Positions 63,949-64,000 of a stretch of 64,000 nucleotides of DNA are shown here, piece after piece. Under the pieces are notes generated by a model. That model did no database searches, was not told the origin of the DNA, and saw nothing but the letters and a program-made list of their open reading frames with translations. Each line of letters starts with the position of its first letter. Position 1 is the stretch's first letter. The translations under genes were made by a program, and so were the position numbers. The DNA lies in contig NC_045697.1 in the NCBI RefSeq assembly GCF_009834535.1, positions 36,396,001 through 36,460,000 of the forward strand, written 5' to 3'. The DNA is from Camelus ferus. Its lineage: Eukaryota.

Positions 63949-64000
63949 TGTATCAGTTAGCTCTTGCTCCATAACAAATTACTGTAGAACATAATTGCTT
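63949..64000. mobile_element. Edge of an MLT1 (MaLR) LTR, cut by the window end
   Basis: TGTATCAGTTAGCTCTTGCTCCATAACAAATTAC. Confidence 0.5.

Overview
Mammalian genomic DNA, AT-rich and CpG-depleted apart from two CpG islands, with many MIR, L2, L1 and DNA-transposon fossils. The short tRNA-derived SINEs and L1 3' ends look camelid-like; no Alu, Bov-tA or PRE1 was seen. Two genes lie head to head with ATGs about 9.8 kb apart. SCFD2 is on the minus strand: only its 838-nt first coding exon (12177->11340) and part of intron 1 are in the window. FIP1L1 (Fip1 subunit of CPSF) is on the plus strand: coding exons 1-13 (21942-56895) all have GT-AG boundaries and splice into one open frame of 1174 nt, and the gene continues past the window. 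I found no new biological system. The best leads are regulatory: candidate intronic poly(A) sites in FIP1L1 intron 1 and intron 13 (read-through gives ...PPPGK*), candidate unproductive splice choices, tandem acceptors, an identical CRE 12-mer in both promoters, and a solo LTR with a nested SINE pointing towards SCFD2. Repeat family names come from visual recognition and their boundaries are approximate.
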